A stretch of 64,000 nt of DNA, from IMG/VR virus record IMGVR_UViG_3300011890_000001, positions 192,001 to 256,000 of that record. One strand, written 5' to 3'. The notes under the pieces were generated by a model. That model was not told the origin of the DNA. It did not search any database and worked only from the letters and a program-made list of their open reading frames with translations. How positions within the stretch are numbered: position 1 is the first letter of the stretch; every line of letters starts with the position of its first letter. Position numbers and translations under genes: made by a program. Source of the DNA: a virus. Taxonomy: Duplodnaviria; Caudoviricetes. Shown here one piece after another: positions 9,366-19,787 of this stretch.

Positions 9366-11573
9366 TTAGTCCGGACGATCCGTTTCGGTCGACAGTGCGT
9401 TGATCAAACGACCAGGCAATGTGTTACCGACGAACATCGACACGCGGGCCGGGGACTTCCAAGAACGCCAGTTCTGCATCTGACGATAGCGCGACAGGCG
9501 CCAGCGACGATTTGCATAAACCAGATCCTGCCAACTCAGACCACCGAGTACAGCCATGTAGTCATTGAAGGCGTTATCGTCGTCGTAGGTGCCCTTCTGG
9601 AAATAAGACGCGATGTTTGAACCAGCTTCACCGCCCACCAGATCACCAACACCCTGGATAAACATATCGGTGAAACCGAAGTTAGCCTGGATGGGTAGAT
9701 GCATGATCGAGGACAGGTCAGCGATCGTGAAGTTCACGTCGATACCCAGGGCCTGACCATCTTGGTTCCACCCGAGGTTACCCTCACCACGCGAAATCGA
9801 GAGGGATTCGAACATACCCAATCGAATAGCGTGACGGCCGCGACAGTAGGCTTCACAGATGAATGGCGACGTATAGGAACGCTTACCGGTAGACAACGGC
9901 ATAGCCGCGGCCAACAACATAGCCAGCGGTACATACAGATTCATGAACAACGACATGCGCGTACCGTAAGGAGAGCGCAACTGAATGCTGTACGAAGCCT
10001 TAGGTAGATTCACCGAAGACCCTGACCACGTCTTGGGGATGTCAACGAAGGCGTTGCCCGCAAGGGCCATCAAGCCCGACATCTGGAGTCCGTCCAGGGC
10101 ACCGGTAATGACATCCTTCGCCGCATTGGCCACCGACCCCACCAGACCGCCAATCAGACCATCGCCGGCGATATTACCGTTGGCCAAGTCAAATCGAGCA
10201 GAACGCGCACTGGAGGACATCGAGTTGAACTTCTGCGACACCTGGGATTCTTCAGTGGTCGAAGAGAAGTCTTCAGAAACCGTACCCGAGTAACCTACAC
10301 GGAAGCTAACGAACTGCGCACCGTCTCGACGCTCGCCTTCGTACATGTTGGCGAACTCACCAACGAGGTTATACCACGGACGTGAGCCGTTGGGTTCTGA
10401 GGCCTCGACGCCCTTCGTCTCTTCTGTGGCTGTACCGCCGGGATTGAGATCTGCATCAGCCGTAGCAGCAGCCGTGCCGTCCAGCTTGATGTAGCTGGTT
10501 TCCATGCTCTCCTGGTTGCGTGGATTATTCAGGTACAGCGCGCGGTAGCCGTCAATGTCGCCTGGGGTATCTTTCAGTTCGCCACTGGTCATCTTGGCGC
10601 GTACTTCGTTGATCGCCGCAAACAAGCGAGCAGCGGTCGAAGACGGGTCCATCGGATTGCCGCTGATTTCGTCCAGCTTCGTATAAAGCTCAGTGTTGAA
10701 CATGTTAGCCAGGCGCTGTGCGCGATTGGCCACCTTGTAAACGTCAATACCTGCATACTGCCCGTTGGACTTCAGGAAGATGTCAGGTACGTGTTTGGCA
10801 TACTCCTCCATCGTCTCTTTCTGGTCAGCTGCGATCTGGCTACCGTCGGCACCGGTCATACCCGCCTGCATCGGCGTCATGGCCTGCGGAGTGATACCTA
10901 GGTTCACAGCCAAGGCGTTAGCGATCGTATTGACTGCCGTCCAGTACGGGTACATGGTCGGCTTCAGGTAGTAGTACTTGGACGAAGGCCAGTTGCCCAG
11001 GTACTTAATGAACTGACCACCCAAGATCAGAGGCTGCAACGGCAGCGCTACCAAGAAACCAGCAACGCGGCCTGCCATGGTGAACGCACTGGTAGTGCGA
11101 CCCGTACGCGCAAAGTTCGCCTGATTGGAATCGTAGAAGTTACCGAAGAACTGGGTCAGAGAATTGTATTCAGGAACACCGAAGCGGATGACGAGGTCCT
11201 GCCCCCAATCGTCAATGGCTTCGGAGTAGTACCGGCCCATACCGGCCGAAGGGGTCGTATGGCGGTTGATGCTGGTCCCAGTGGACGCCTGGAACTTACC
11301 CGTGGAGTTCATCCAACGGACACCACCAGGCGTTGTCGACCGCCGGCCGGCGTTACCATCGGCGTAGTCGGCGCTACCGCCTACACGGATATCGGCAAAA
11401 CGCGTGAACTGCGGCGGAGCGTTAATGGAGAAATTGCCACCGAGGGTAGTGTCGGTGAATTTGTAGGCCGCCGATGTCAGGACGCGGCGGCGTCGGTCGG
11501 TGGCATCCAGCGCACCCTCTGGCAGGAGAAATGCTTGCTGAACCCACACCTTGTCTTTAATACGAAACGACAT
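9366..11573 (-). CDS. tail-tip/baseplate hub structural protein (phiKZ gp182-like)
   Basis: KFTDTTLGGN..IN.PPQFTR.ADIR and GMGRYYSEAIDD motifs; directly downstream of the tape-measure gene. Confidence 0.8.
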   Translation of the reverse strand: MSFRIKDKVWVQQAFLLPEGALDATDRRRRVLTSAAYKFTDTTLGGNFSINAPPQFTRFADIRVGGSADYADGNAGRRSTTPGGVRWMNSTGKFQASTGTSINRHTTPSAGMGRYYSEAIDDWGQDLVIRFGVPEYNSLTQFFGNFYDSNQANFARTGRTTSAFTMAGRVAGFLVALPLQPLILGGQFIKYLGNWPSSKYYYLKPTMYPYWTAVNTIANALAVNLGITPQAMTPMQAGMTGADGSQIAADQKETMEEYAKHVPDIFLKSNGQYAGIDVYKVANRAQRLANMFNTELYTKLDEISGNPMDPSSTAARLFAAINEVRAKMTSGELKDTPGDIDGYRALYLNNPRNQESMETSYIKLDGTAAATADADLNPGGTATEETKGVEASEPNGSRPWYNLVGEFANMYEGERRDGAQFVSFRVGYSGTVSEDFSSTTEESQVSQKFNSMSSSARSARFDLANGNIAGDGLIGGLVGSVANAAKDVITGALDGLQMSGLMALAGNAFVDIPKTWSGSSVNLPKASYSIQLRSPYGTRMSLFMNLYVPLAMLLAAAMPLSTGKRSYTSPFICEAYCRGRHAIRLGMFESLSISRGEGNLGWNQDGQALGIDVNFTIADLSSIMHLPIQANFGFTDMFIQGVGDLVGGEAGSNIASYFQKGTYDDDNAFNDYMAVLGGLSWQDLVYANRRWRLSRYRQMQNWRSWKSPARVSMFVGNTLPGRLINALSTETDRPD

Positions 11574-11640
11574 AGTCGGCCTCGATTGGAAAATGGAAAG
11601 GAAGACCGGGGAGGTTGCCCTCCCCGGTTCCTTGGTTTAC

Positions 11641-14600
11641 TTACTGGTCGTACCGAACGCTCACAGGAGCCTCACGCCGCTGCCCAAAACTACGGGTGGC
11701 GGTGGGGGACTGTGCCGGAGCCGGAGAACTCGCAGGTGCCGTAGCACCGGCGGGCTTTTCCGCAATGCCCGGCTGACGCAAGAGCTGACGCAACAACGAC
11801 ACTGCATCGGACGTGTTGGTTTCAATCTTGCGCTGCACTTCATAGGATCGATTCAGGATATCGCCGATGCCCGTCATGCGGGCCTCTTCATTACGCTGAG
11901 TATTGATCTGCTGAGATGCGATCTGGCGCTGGTCTGCAGCACGCGCTACAGCGGCACGTTCCGCTGCCGCTCTCTGCTCCGCATCAGCCTGACGCTGCGT
12001 TGCAGCGCTGGCCTCCAGACTGCGAACAGACTGGATCGAAGGAGCAGGGGAAGCGGTTGGGATGCTCGTTTCAGTGGCAGAGCGAGCCGTTGTCACTACA
12101 TCGTTGGCAATACCGTTGGAACCGGTGACCACCAGCAGGAACGGACGACCTGCCATCTTGGCCAGGAACGTCTCCATCGCACCACGGGATGACGTGATGG
12201 ACTTCTGACCACCTTGCTCACCGCGACCCAGACCCAGCAGGATGCAACCGCGACTGTTGGCCTTCATGCCCTTGGACATGTCACCTGCGAAGTTACCTGC
12301 ATGGATCAGGATACCCGAACGGCCAGGAACATTCTTCACTTCGTACGCGTTACCAAAATTGGTCGTGGCGCGCATTTCTGCACGATACGAACCAACCGGA
12401 ATGCACGACATCTGCGGAGCGTTTTCCTTCCACGGCAATTCCAGCGAGTGGAGTGCCGTACCGTCAGGCAAGGTGAATCGACCGAACGTACCGCTATCGC
12501 TAGACGGTTCACGTACCAGTCGCACGATGGGCAGGTCACCGGTCGGGACAGAGCTGCTACCCGTGGGGATAGTCGCAGCTGCCGCGGCCGGTGCGGTGCC
12601 GCTAGCGCGCGCCGGAGCCGCCTGTGGGGCCACAGCGGACGTTTGCGGAGCCGCTGCCGACACACCACCCGTGTTGCCAGTGACGGCCGTGGGGGTGGAG
12701 TTAACAGCACGCGTACCGGTTGCGGTCAACGGGGCGGCCGCAGCGGCAGTCGCCGAACTCACAGGGGTCACACCAGCAGTGGAACTAACACTACTGGAAA
12801 CGCCAGCGAATGCGGCAGTTGCTGCCAGACCCGCCATTGCTTCCGGATAGTCCACATTGACGCGAGCCAGTCGAGCCAGGATCTTCTGCTTGATCTCACC
12901 GACGGTCAGAGCACGGGTACCTTCGTAGAACGTCGGACGATTGCTACCGGCGGCCGAAGGCAGGACACGGGCACCGATCTCACTATCGCCTGCGCGACAG
13001 AAAGTGCGGTAACCGCCAGCACCCAGGAAGTGCGACATGTAAACGTCGAGCTCCGTTACCGGACGACCAATCCAACGCGCCATCGAATCGGCATTCTCCT
13101 TGATGAAGCACGCACCCATCAACGCGTTTGCACGCGCATCAGTACGATTCGCATTCAAAGAGACACCGAACTTGGGACCATACTTCGTCAGCATGCTTGC
13201 CCAAGTGGAGCGGATGAACTGGAACAGACCAGTAGCGCTGGACGTGCTGGCAGAGACACCTGCGTGGAAGGACGATTCCAACGCACACATGCGCATCATC
13301 ATGCCAGGATCCACACCCACCATTCGGGCCGCAGCCACGATCAGCGGTTTGTAGATCTTAGCGCGTTCGTCACCCTTACGGATGGCGCTCACCTCGAAGT
13401 TCGGCGGAGGGGTAGGCAGACTATTGATGTCGCCGCCCGAACCACCGCCCGGATGCACCACCGGTGCCAGACTACCGTGCGTGGCACTGAAGGTGTTGAG
13501 ACCCGAAGTACCAACGTTCATAGCGGCCTGACCCACACCGGCCCAATCGCCTTCCTTAGCTGCTTCGTAACCGCTCGTCAAGGCATTACCAATAGCACGG
13601 AAGCCAGCAACTGCACCGTCCACGGTTCGACCTGCGAAGTTACGATTCCCCTTAGCGCCCAGGAGCCAGTCAGAAGCGGCGCGTGCGCCACTCCTCATGG
13701 AATCCATCATGCTGCCGAGAATACCGCGATCCTTCTTAACGGCAGCCGCTTGTCCATCCACTGCGTCCTCACGTACGGTTTCCTTCTCGACCTTCTGCTT
13801 CAGCACCAGCAAGGAGCCGGCTACCGCATTGGAATCGGAATTCAACTGTTCACGTGCAGACCAGGGCGAACTCCGCCAGTTCCAGATCGATTCGCCATTT
13901 CCGTTTTTCGCCGCCATCACTGCCTGTGAGACCTGGACAAGATCAGACGGTTTGAGCGTACGCTCGGGAGTGGCGAAGTCAGCAGAGCTGTTGGCAGCTC
14001 TTACGGCACCCAAGTACGCCGCCAGCGTCGGCTGGAAGCGATTGATGTACCACTGACACCAGCGTGCACGATCTTCCGTAGAGTTCGGCGTGAGGCCAAA
14101 CAGGCCCGCTACGTTGCTATAGACTTGGTCGGCATCCAGCAGGAAGTGTACCCGACCACTGGAGCTAACGCCCACATTCTTCAGAACGTGTTGTTCCGTA
14201 GCCAGCAATGCACGCACGCGATCTTGATCCAAATTACCTAGACCGTAAGCACGTACACGAATTGCCTGAGTGGCAGTGAGCTTGCCCAGACGAACCAACG
14301 TGGAGGGCAGCAGGTTGTCTGCTCCCTTCGTGTTGATGATCGTGCCGGTCGTGGCGGCCAGGGGCTGGCCCGTTTCCTTCTCAATGTTTTCGGCGGTTGC
14401 TTGCGCGGCGCGCTCCTCATCCTTCTTACGCTGGTGTCGATCCCACAGTTTGACGCCCACCAAACCCACAGGTGTGAACATGGCCATTGTGCGTATCGCA
14501 CCTAGGGCCTTACTGCGGTTCTTCTCTTCTGGCGTTTTACCAATCTCCTTCAGTGCCAGATTGAATGCATCTTCAATCTCATTGACGGAGGTAACTGCCG

Positions 14601-17600
14601 GATCGCCAAACGGTCCATCGGGGTGACTATAAGTCTCATGACTCATAGCCCAAGCCTTACGGATCAGTTGTTCCATCTGGTCAGCCGGAAGCTTTTCCTC
14701 AGCCTCCATCAGATTGACGTTTGGAGCAATAGCGCGCAGTTCCTTAACCCAGGTCAAGAAGACCGGCTTGAAGCGATTGGTAAACCAGCGGTTGAACGAG
14801 ATACGTTCTTCACGACGACTAAAGACCCAACCAGCCTCCACACCAGCGATCTCGTAGACTTGCTCCATCGAGATCTCTTTACCGTTCGTACCCTTGGGCA
14901 CCAGGTCCAGACTACCGTTCTTTTCACCAACGTGATTGACCAGCAACTCTTCCAGCTTGAAGATCTTCTTGTTGGTGTCAGCACCGCTGTCGGGCACACC
15001 GTACTGCATGTGACGGAAACGACGGATTGGCGTGAGGCGACCGTACTTGTACTGCTTGTAGCCCAGGTAGGCAATGCCGCCAACGACGGCAGCTGCTGCA
15101 AGACCGATGCCCACTACAGGCGCACCGAGCGTTGCAACTACACCACCGGCAATTTTAGCAGTCAATGCAGCACCAGCGGCACCGCCAGCTACACCCCCGG
15201 TAACGCCTACAGCAGTGCGGGCGGCCGAGCCTTCTTCAAGACCAGCCTTACCCGCAGCCCAGTCAGCAGCCTTATAGCCACCTACACCGCCGATCAAACC
15301 ACCGCCAGTACTTGCAGCCGCAGCTGCAAGACCACCGCCGGCCGCAAGGCCAGCACCGGTGATACCGGCCGTACGTATTCCGCCCGCAGCGCGTGCGGCG
15401 CCAATGCTCCTCGAGATATCGGCACTGCGTGCAGCACTAGCGGCAGCACCGCCGCCGCGACCCATACCGAACAAACGACCCAGACGGCCGCCGCGACCAC
15501 CGGCCCCGCGTGCGGCACGTTGACGGCGCAGACGTCGCGCAGCGCGATTGCGACGGTAGCGATTCCAACGACCACCGCCACGCTTCAGACCAGAACGACC
15601 ACGACGACGTTCGTTAGCGTCACCAACAGCATCGTAGATGTCTGCTGCGTCAGCTGCGTCGCTCAAGAGCGATCCGTCATCGTCTTCGTCTTCCATGTCC
15701 TCTTCGTCATCGCCTCGTCCAAAGAGACCGCCCAGCTTCGACATCATCGAACCCAGACCCCAACGGCTTTCGCGTTGCTCTTCTTCTTCCTGGCGCTTTT
15801 CTTCTTCTTCCAGCTTTTCCTTCAGAATGTTCTGTTCCTGCCAGGAGCCCTTACGGGGACCCTTACCCGGCATGCGGTCTTCCAGAATCTTCAGGATGCT
15901 TTCCAGCAGCTGGACTTGGCGTTCGCCGTGCTTCTCAAACGGATTGAGGATGGCGCCCAGCATCTTGAACGGAGCACCCAAGATAGCACCGATGGTATTA
16001 CCACCAATGCCCATGATGCCGCCGAACAGTTTACCATAACCCTTCAGCGCGCCGCCGAACAGAGCACCCACACCTTGCAGCGTGCGGACAGCTGCACCAC
16101 CGACCGCACCCAAGATGCGAGCAAACGGCGTGGTCAACTTCATGCCCCAGCGATTGCAAAGACCCGGGTCGTGGATCTCTTCCTCATGCAGGACGGTGAT
16201 GTCCTCCTTGGACGGTTTGGACGAACCCGGCGCCAGTTCCTTGATCTCGCCGTGGATATCGTCGTAAGTTTCTACGATCCAGCCAGGGCGCTTGCCCCCG
16301 ACGTTATAGTAACGGCGGGTCTTCATCTTCGAGGCTTTCAGTCGCGGAGTTTTCTCGCCCTTGACGTAGACGTCGACTTGTTTCTCAAACAGCCACTTGC
16401 CGGCGCCGGTTACAGCCTTGAGACCCAAGTTGGCCAGTTTGAACGGAAGAGCCGCCACGTTACCGTAGAAGCGAGCCGCCGCACCCAGCAGTGCCGAAGC
16501 GCCACCGACCAAACCGCCGGCCAAACGCTGGAGACCTTGCGGTCCCTTGACGTAGATGCCCTTGTCGAAGTCCTCCTGGTCGATCACGTACTCGCCAGTG
16601 GACACGTCAATCACAGGTCCAGTGATGTCGCGCCAACGGGTGATCTTCTTACCGGTCTTCTCGTCCTTATAGTGACCGAGGTTGATCTTCTGCTTGGTCA
16701 ACGCAGGTTCGCGCTTACCGTTGACGTAGATGTCCTTCATGCCGCGCATGATATTGGAAACGCGCTGACCGATAAAGCTACCGGTACCGCGTGCCGCCCC
16801 TACACCAACAGAACCGATGGCGCCTACTGCACCGCCCACCTTCTTCGCCCACCACCAGGCGCCCTTACCGATACCGCCGGCAACAGCACCAACGCCCTTC
16901 AGACCCGTCCAGGCAATGCGATCCAGAAAGCCCATCGAACCCCACTTACCGCCGCCTTCGCCTGCGTTGCGCGACGAAGATGCTTCAGCGTAGGCTGCAA
17001 ACATTTCTGCAATCGTTCGCAGTGCGGACAACTGTTCGACGTTTACTTCAAGGAGCTGACCGCTGATCGAGTCGAGCGTTGCTACGTCCTGGTTACCGAT
17101 TTCTCCCAGTCGCTGACTTGCCGACTGGTTCGGTCCCACGTTCAGCGTATTGGCAGTGGTCTGCGCGTGTCCACGCATACGTTCCACCAGATGCTCGTAG
17201 GTACCGCCCTTACTGTCGGTCAGGACGTTAGCGATATCACGTGCCGTAACAATCACATTGCCGTGCTCGTCTACCACCGGACCGGCGATGTCGGAAGGCT
17301 TGTAGATTGCGTTACCGGTGAGCTGGTCACGATAACGACCCAGACGCATCATCCAGGCGGACATAACAACCTGACCGCCAGAGAGGATGTCGTAGACACC
17401 GTCGTCGATAGGTGCGCGACGGCCAGCCGGTGCTGCCGGACCAACGGAACCCAAGTTCTCAAACGCAGCAGACTTGGTTGCATCCGACTTCAGACGGAAA
17501 CTAACGCGCTTGCCTTCTTTATTGAAGAAACCGCGTCGCATCGCATCTTCGTCGGCCACGATAGCGTTAAGGACATTGTCATGGATTGCGCCATGGCAAT

Positions 17601-19713
17601 CGCTCCAGTAGTAGAACGGCTTACCGTCGGAGGTATCGATGTACCGACCTGCCAGCAAGTGTTCGCCCTTCAGGACAGCCTGACCGCCCGGGGTGACGTA
17701 CAAGTCGTCATCGGAAGGATCCTTCCTGCCGTTAATAAACTCACCGATCTTCCCAGTGACGCCGCCGGGACTGGCGCGCTTCTTGCCGAACTTACCGGCG
17801 CCGCCAGAGGCGTTGAGGATACGGTCGGTAAAGTTAGCGTAGTCGATGTGCTGTTGACCATCTACTTCGCCCGCGGCATTGCGCTCACTCAGGATGCCTG
17901 CCTTGTGGAGCAATTCGCCCTGACCGATGTGCTGGAAGAAATCCGTGGTGGCAGTAGGCAGACTCTTGCCAATGTCCATCGCATGGAAATCATGAATGCG
18001 ATCGGTCTTCCACTTCTGCGTACGTCCAGACAGATTGATCAACCGACTCAGGATGACCTTGGAACCAGCCGACAAGTACTTGGACGACTTCAGTGGATCG
18101 GTGTAGTTTTCGATACGGAAACCACGGCCGTCTGCACTGTCCCACATCAACTCACGGATCAGCTCGTTACGTACCGTCGAATCCAGATCTGCACCACCGA
18201 CCAAAGAGTCCACCAGATCGTTCAACTGTTGACGCGACGCCACAGCCTTGTCGTCAGACATCGCCGCCTTGGCAATGCTACCCATAACGCGACTTTCAGT
18301 GTCGAACTGACCCTTAATGAAGTCATACGCGATCGGTGTGGCGTTTGGATCGTTGATGCGTTCAACGGAGTGATGGATACGCTGCAACCAACCCGGGATG
18401 ATTTCCGTGATGCTGCGCTGGGTCAGGTTGTTAAAGGCAGCAACCTTGTTGATGTCGGCAAGGTCACGGCGATTAACGGTCGTGTTGAGCTTAGACGGGG
18501 CCAGGAAGTCCTTGACGCCGGATACGACCGTACCCTTCCAACCGTCTTGTGCGGTGCCCGAGCGGGCCCACTCGTTAATGAAGTACGGCAGGTTCTCAAT
18601 GGAACCGCCCATCTTCTCAAACCACTCATCAAAGCCCGGCCACTTACGGCTGATCAGCTTGACAGCCTTTCGACCTGCAGCTTCGCCACCCTTGGTGATA
18701 GCAAAGCGAACAGCCTGCTGGGTGACCATGTCGAACATCGAGATGCCCATGCCGTCGTCTTGCGACGGATCAGCCATCCCGATTGCGCTCGCCAACCCGC
18801 CAGCCATTTCCTTGGCCTTGGCCTTCAGCTTGGTACCGGCACGACCAAAGATATTCCCAGCCAGTCGAGCGGCCGAGTCATGCATACCGCCAATGAACTT
18901 GGTTCGAATGGTCTGCGTGGCAGTGTGGGACAGATCCTGTTTGAGGATGTCCGGCATCGCCGTGTTCTTGGTGATCGCTTCCAAGAATCCGTTAAAGCGT
19001 CGGGTGGTTTCCACCTGAAGCTTCAGGGAGTCTCGCATCATGAACAACTGACGCGTCTGGATCTCTAGGTTGCGACGCTGGTAACGCTGAGTGATCTCAT
19101 CGTTACTGGCCACCATGCGAGTCAGGTTGCGATTGATACCCGTCAGCAGTTGCAACTGCGTCCGGTTGGCAGACAGTACCTGCGCATGGCGGATACTGCC
19201 CTCAATCGACGCCTTCTCATCAGCCTGTGCCTGAGCACGCATCTGAACACCGAAGACTTCGCTAAGCGAGGCCTTCAGACTTTCTTCATCGCGCTGCTGC
19301 TCCGTCTTGACTTCAAACACCGGTTCGGGCTTGGCGAACTCCGCCAGACGATCTGCGATGTTCTTCGGCAGATGGTCTTTGACCTTACCCAGGTGCTGCT
19401 CTGTCAGACGCTTTGCCACCGGCATTGCCGGCTTCAGCTCGTTCTGAACGATACTATGTAGATCGCTCATCTCCGACTTAACTGAATCGGCCATTGACAG
19501 GGCACGTCCGTAAGAGGACGGTAGAATGTTTTCGGTAATCTTTCGCAGTGTGTCAGGTGACGTGAAAGCGTCCCGGGCACCCGCCTTGGCATTACCGAAG
19601 ACGCGGGCAATTACGCCCCGCTTCTCGTCTTTCGGATTTGGTGCAAATGGATCGTCGAAATCGAGATCCAACGACTTGTCGAGATCGAAGTCGTCATCTT
19701 TGAAATTTGCCAT
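11641..19713 (-). CDS. tape-measure/tail lysin with lytic transglycosylase domain (phiKZ gp181-like) plus C-terminal DUF5675-like domain
   Basis: 2690 aa; SLT motifs CALESSF, ATGLFQFI..TW, YMSHFLG; ~65-aa internal repeats; Gly/Ala hydrophobic segments; AGGAG RBS. Confidence 0.92.
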   Translation of the reverse strand: MANFKDDDFDLDKSLDLDFDDPFAPNPKDEKRGVIARVFGNAKAGARDAFTSPDTLRKITENILPSSYGRALSMADSVKSEMSDLHSIVQNELKPAMPVAKRLTEQHLGKVKDHLPKNIADRLAEFAKPEPVFEVKTEQQRDEESLKASLSEVFGVQMRAQAQADEKASIEGSIRHAQVLSANRTQLQLLTGINRNLTRMVASNDEITQRYQRRNLEIQTRQLFMMRDSLKLQVETTRRFNGFLEAITKNTAMPDILKQDLSHTATQTIRTKFIGGMHDSAARLAGNIFGRAGTKLKAKAKEMAGGLASAIGMADPSQDDGMGISMFDMVTQQAVRFAITKGGEAAGRKAVKLISRKWPGFDEWFEKMGGSIENLPYFINEWARSGTAQDGWKGTVVSGVKDFLAPSKLNTTVNRRDLADINKVAAFNNLTQRSITEIIPGWLQRIHHSVERINDPNATPIAYDFIKGQFDTESRVMGSIAKAAMSDDKAVASRQQLNDLVDSLVGGADLDSTVRNELIRELMWDSADGRGFRIENYTDPLKSSKYLSAGSKVILSRLINLSGRTQKWKTDRIHDFHAMDIGKSLPTATTDFFQHIGQGELLHKAGILSERNAAGEVDGQQHIDYANFTDRILNASGGAGKFGKKRASPGGVTGKIGEFINGRKDPSDDDLYVTPGGQAVLKGEHLLAGRYIDTSDGKPFYYWSDCHGAIHDNVLNAIVADEDAMRRGFFNKEGKRVSFRLKSDATKSAAFENLGSVGPAAPAGRRAPIDDGVYDILSGGQVVMSAWMMRLGRYRDQLTGNAIYKPSDIAGPVVDEHGNVIVTARDIANVLTDSKGGTYEHLVERMRGHAQTTANTLNVGPNQSASQRLGEIGNQDVATLDSISGQLLEVNVEQLSALRTIAEMFAAYAEASSSRNAGEGGGKWGSMGFLDRIAWTGLKGVGAVAGGIGKGAWWWAKKVGGAVGAIGSVGVGAARGTGSFIGQRVSNIMRGMKDIYVNGKREPALTKQKINLGHYKDEKTGKKITRWRDITGPVIDVSTGEYVIDQEDFDKGIYVKGPQGLQRLAGGLVGGASALLGAAARFYGNVAALPFKLANLGLKAVTGAGKWLFEKQVDVYVKGEKTPRLKASKMKTRRYYNVGGKRPGWIVETYDDIHGEIKELAPGSSKPSKEDITVLHEEEIHDPGLCNRWGMKLTTPFARILGAVGGAAVRTLQGVGALFGGALKGYGKLFGGIMGIGGNTIGAILGAPFKMLGAILNPFEKHGERQVQLLESILKILEDRMPGKGPRKGSWQEQNILKEKLEEEEKRQEEEEQRESRWGLGSMMSKLGGLFGRGDDEEDMEDEDDDGSLLSDAADAADIYDAVGDANERRRGRSGLKRGGGRWNRYRRNRAARRLRRQRAARGAGGRGGRLGRLFGMGRGGGAAASAARSADISRSIGAARAAGGIRTAGITGAGLAAGGGLAAAAASTGGGLIGGVGGYKAADWAAGKAGLEEGSAARTAVGVTGGVAGGAAGAALTAKIAGGVVATLGAPVVGIGLAAAAVVGGIAYLGYKQYKYGRLTPIRRFRHMQYGVPDSGADTNKKIFKLEELLVNHVGEKNGSLDLVPKGTNGKEISMEQVYEIAGVEAGWVFSRREERISFNRWFTNRFKPVFLTWVKELRAIAPNVNLMEAEEKLPADQMEQLIRKAWAMSHETYSHPDGPFGDPAVTSVNEIEDAFNLALKEIGKTPEEKNRSKALGAIRTMAMFTPVGLVGVKLWDRHQRKKDEERAAQATAENIEKETGQPLAATTGTIINTKGADNLLPSTLVRLGKLTATQAIRVRAYGLGNLDQDRVRALLATEQHVLKNVGVSSSGRVHFLLDADQVYSNVAGLFGLTPNSTEDRARWCQWYINRFQPTLAAYLGAVRAANSSADFATPERTLKPSDLVQVSQAVMAAKNGNGESIWNWRSSPWSAREQLNSDSNAVAGSLLVLKQKVEKETVREDAVDGQAAAVKKDRGILGSMMDSMRSGARAASDWLLGAKGNRNFAGRTVDGAVAGFRAIGNALTSGYEAAKEGDWAGVGQAAMNVGTSGLNTFSATHGSLAPVVHPGGGSGGDINSLPTPPPNFEVSAIRKGDERAKIYKPLIVAAARMVGVDPGMMMRMCALESSFHAGVSASTSSATGLFQFIRSTWASMLTKYGPKFGVSLNANRTDARANALMGACFIKENADSMARWIGRPVTELDVYMSHFLGAGGYRTFCRAGDSEIGARVLPSAAGSNRPTFYEGTRALTVGEIKQKILARLARVNVDYPEAMAGLAATAAFAGVSSSVSSTAGVTPVSSATAAAAAPLTATGTRAVNSTPTAVTGNTGGVSAAAPQTSAVAPQAAPARASGTAPAAAAATIPTGSSSVPTGDLPIVRLVREPSSDSGTFGRFTLPDGTALHSLELPWKENAPQMSCIPVGSYRAEMRATTNFGNAYEVKNVPGRSGILIHAGNFAGDMSKGMKANSRGCILLGLGRGEQGGQKSITSSRGAMETFLAKMAGRPFLLVVTGSNGIANDVVTTARSATETSIPTASPAPSIQSVRSLEASAATQRQADAEQRAAAERAAVARAADQRQIASQQINTQRNEEARMTGIGDILNRSYEVQRKIETNTSDAVSLLRQLLRQPGIAEKPAGATAPASSPAPAQSPTATRSFGQRREAPVSVRYDQ

Positions 19714-19787
19714 TTTTTATCTCCTAACCTGTTACGTAATAGGAACAGGCCATGGGCCCTTATTCATAGTTTAGAGGTATCTGCCCC

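Noticed and set aside
14623-19068. 1481-aa + strand ORF and other long antisense ORFs (23341-25956, 35964-38186, 27348-29042, 41852-43504, 52137-53720)
   Set aside because: Shadow frames opposite well-supported genes; codon bias removes antisense stops; no motifs or RBS
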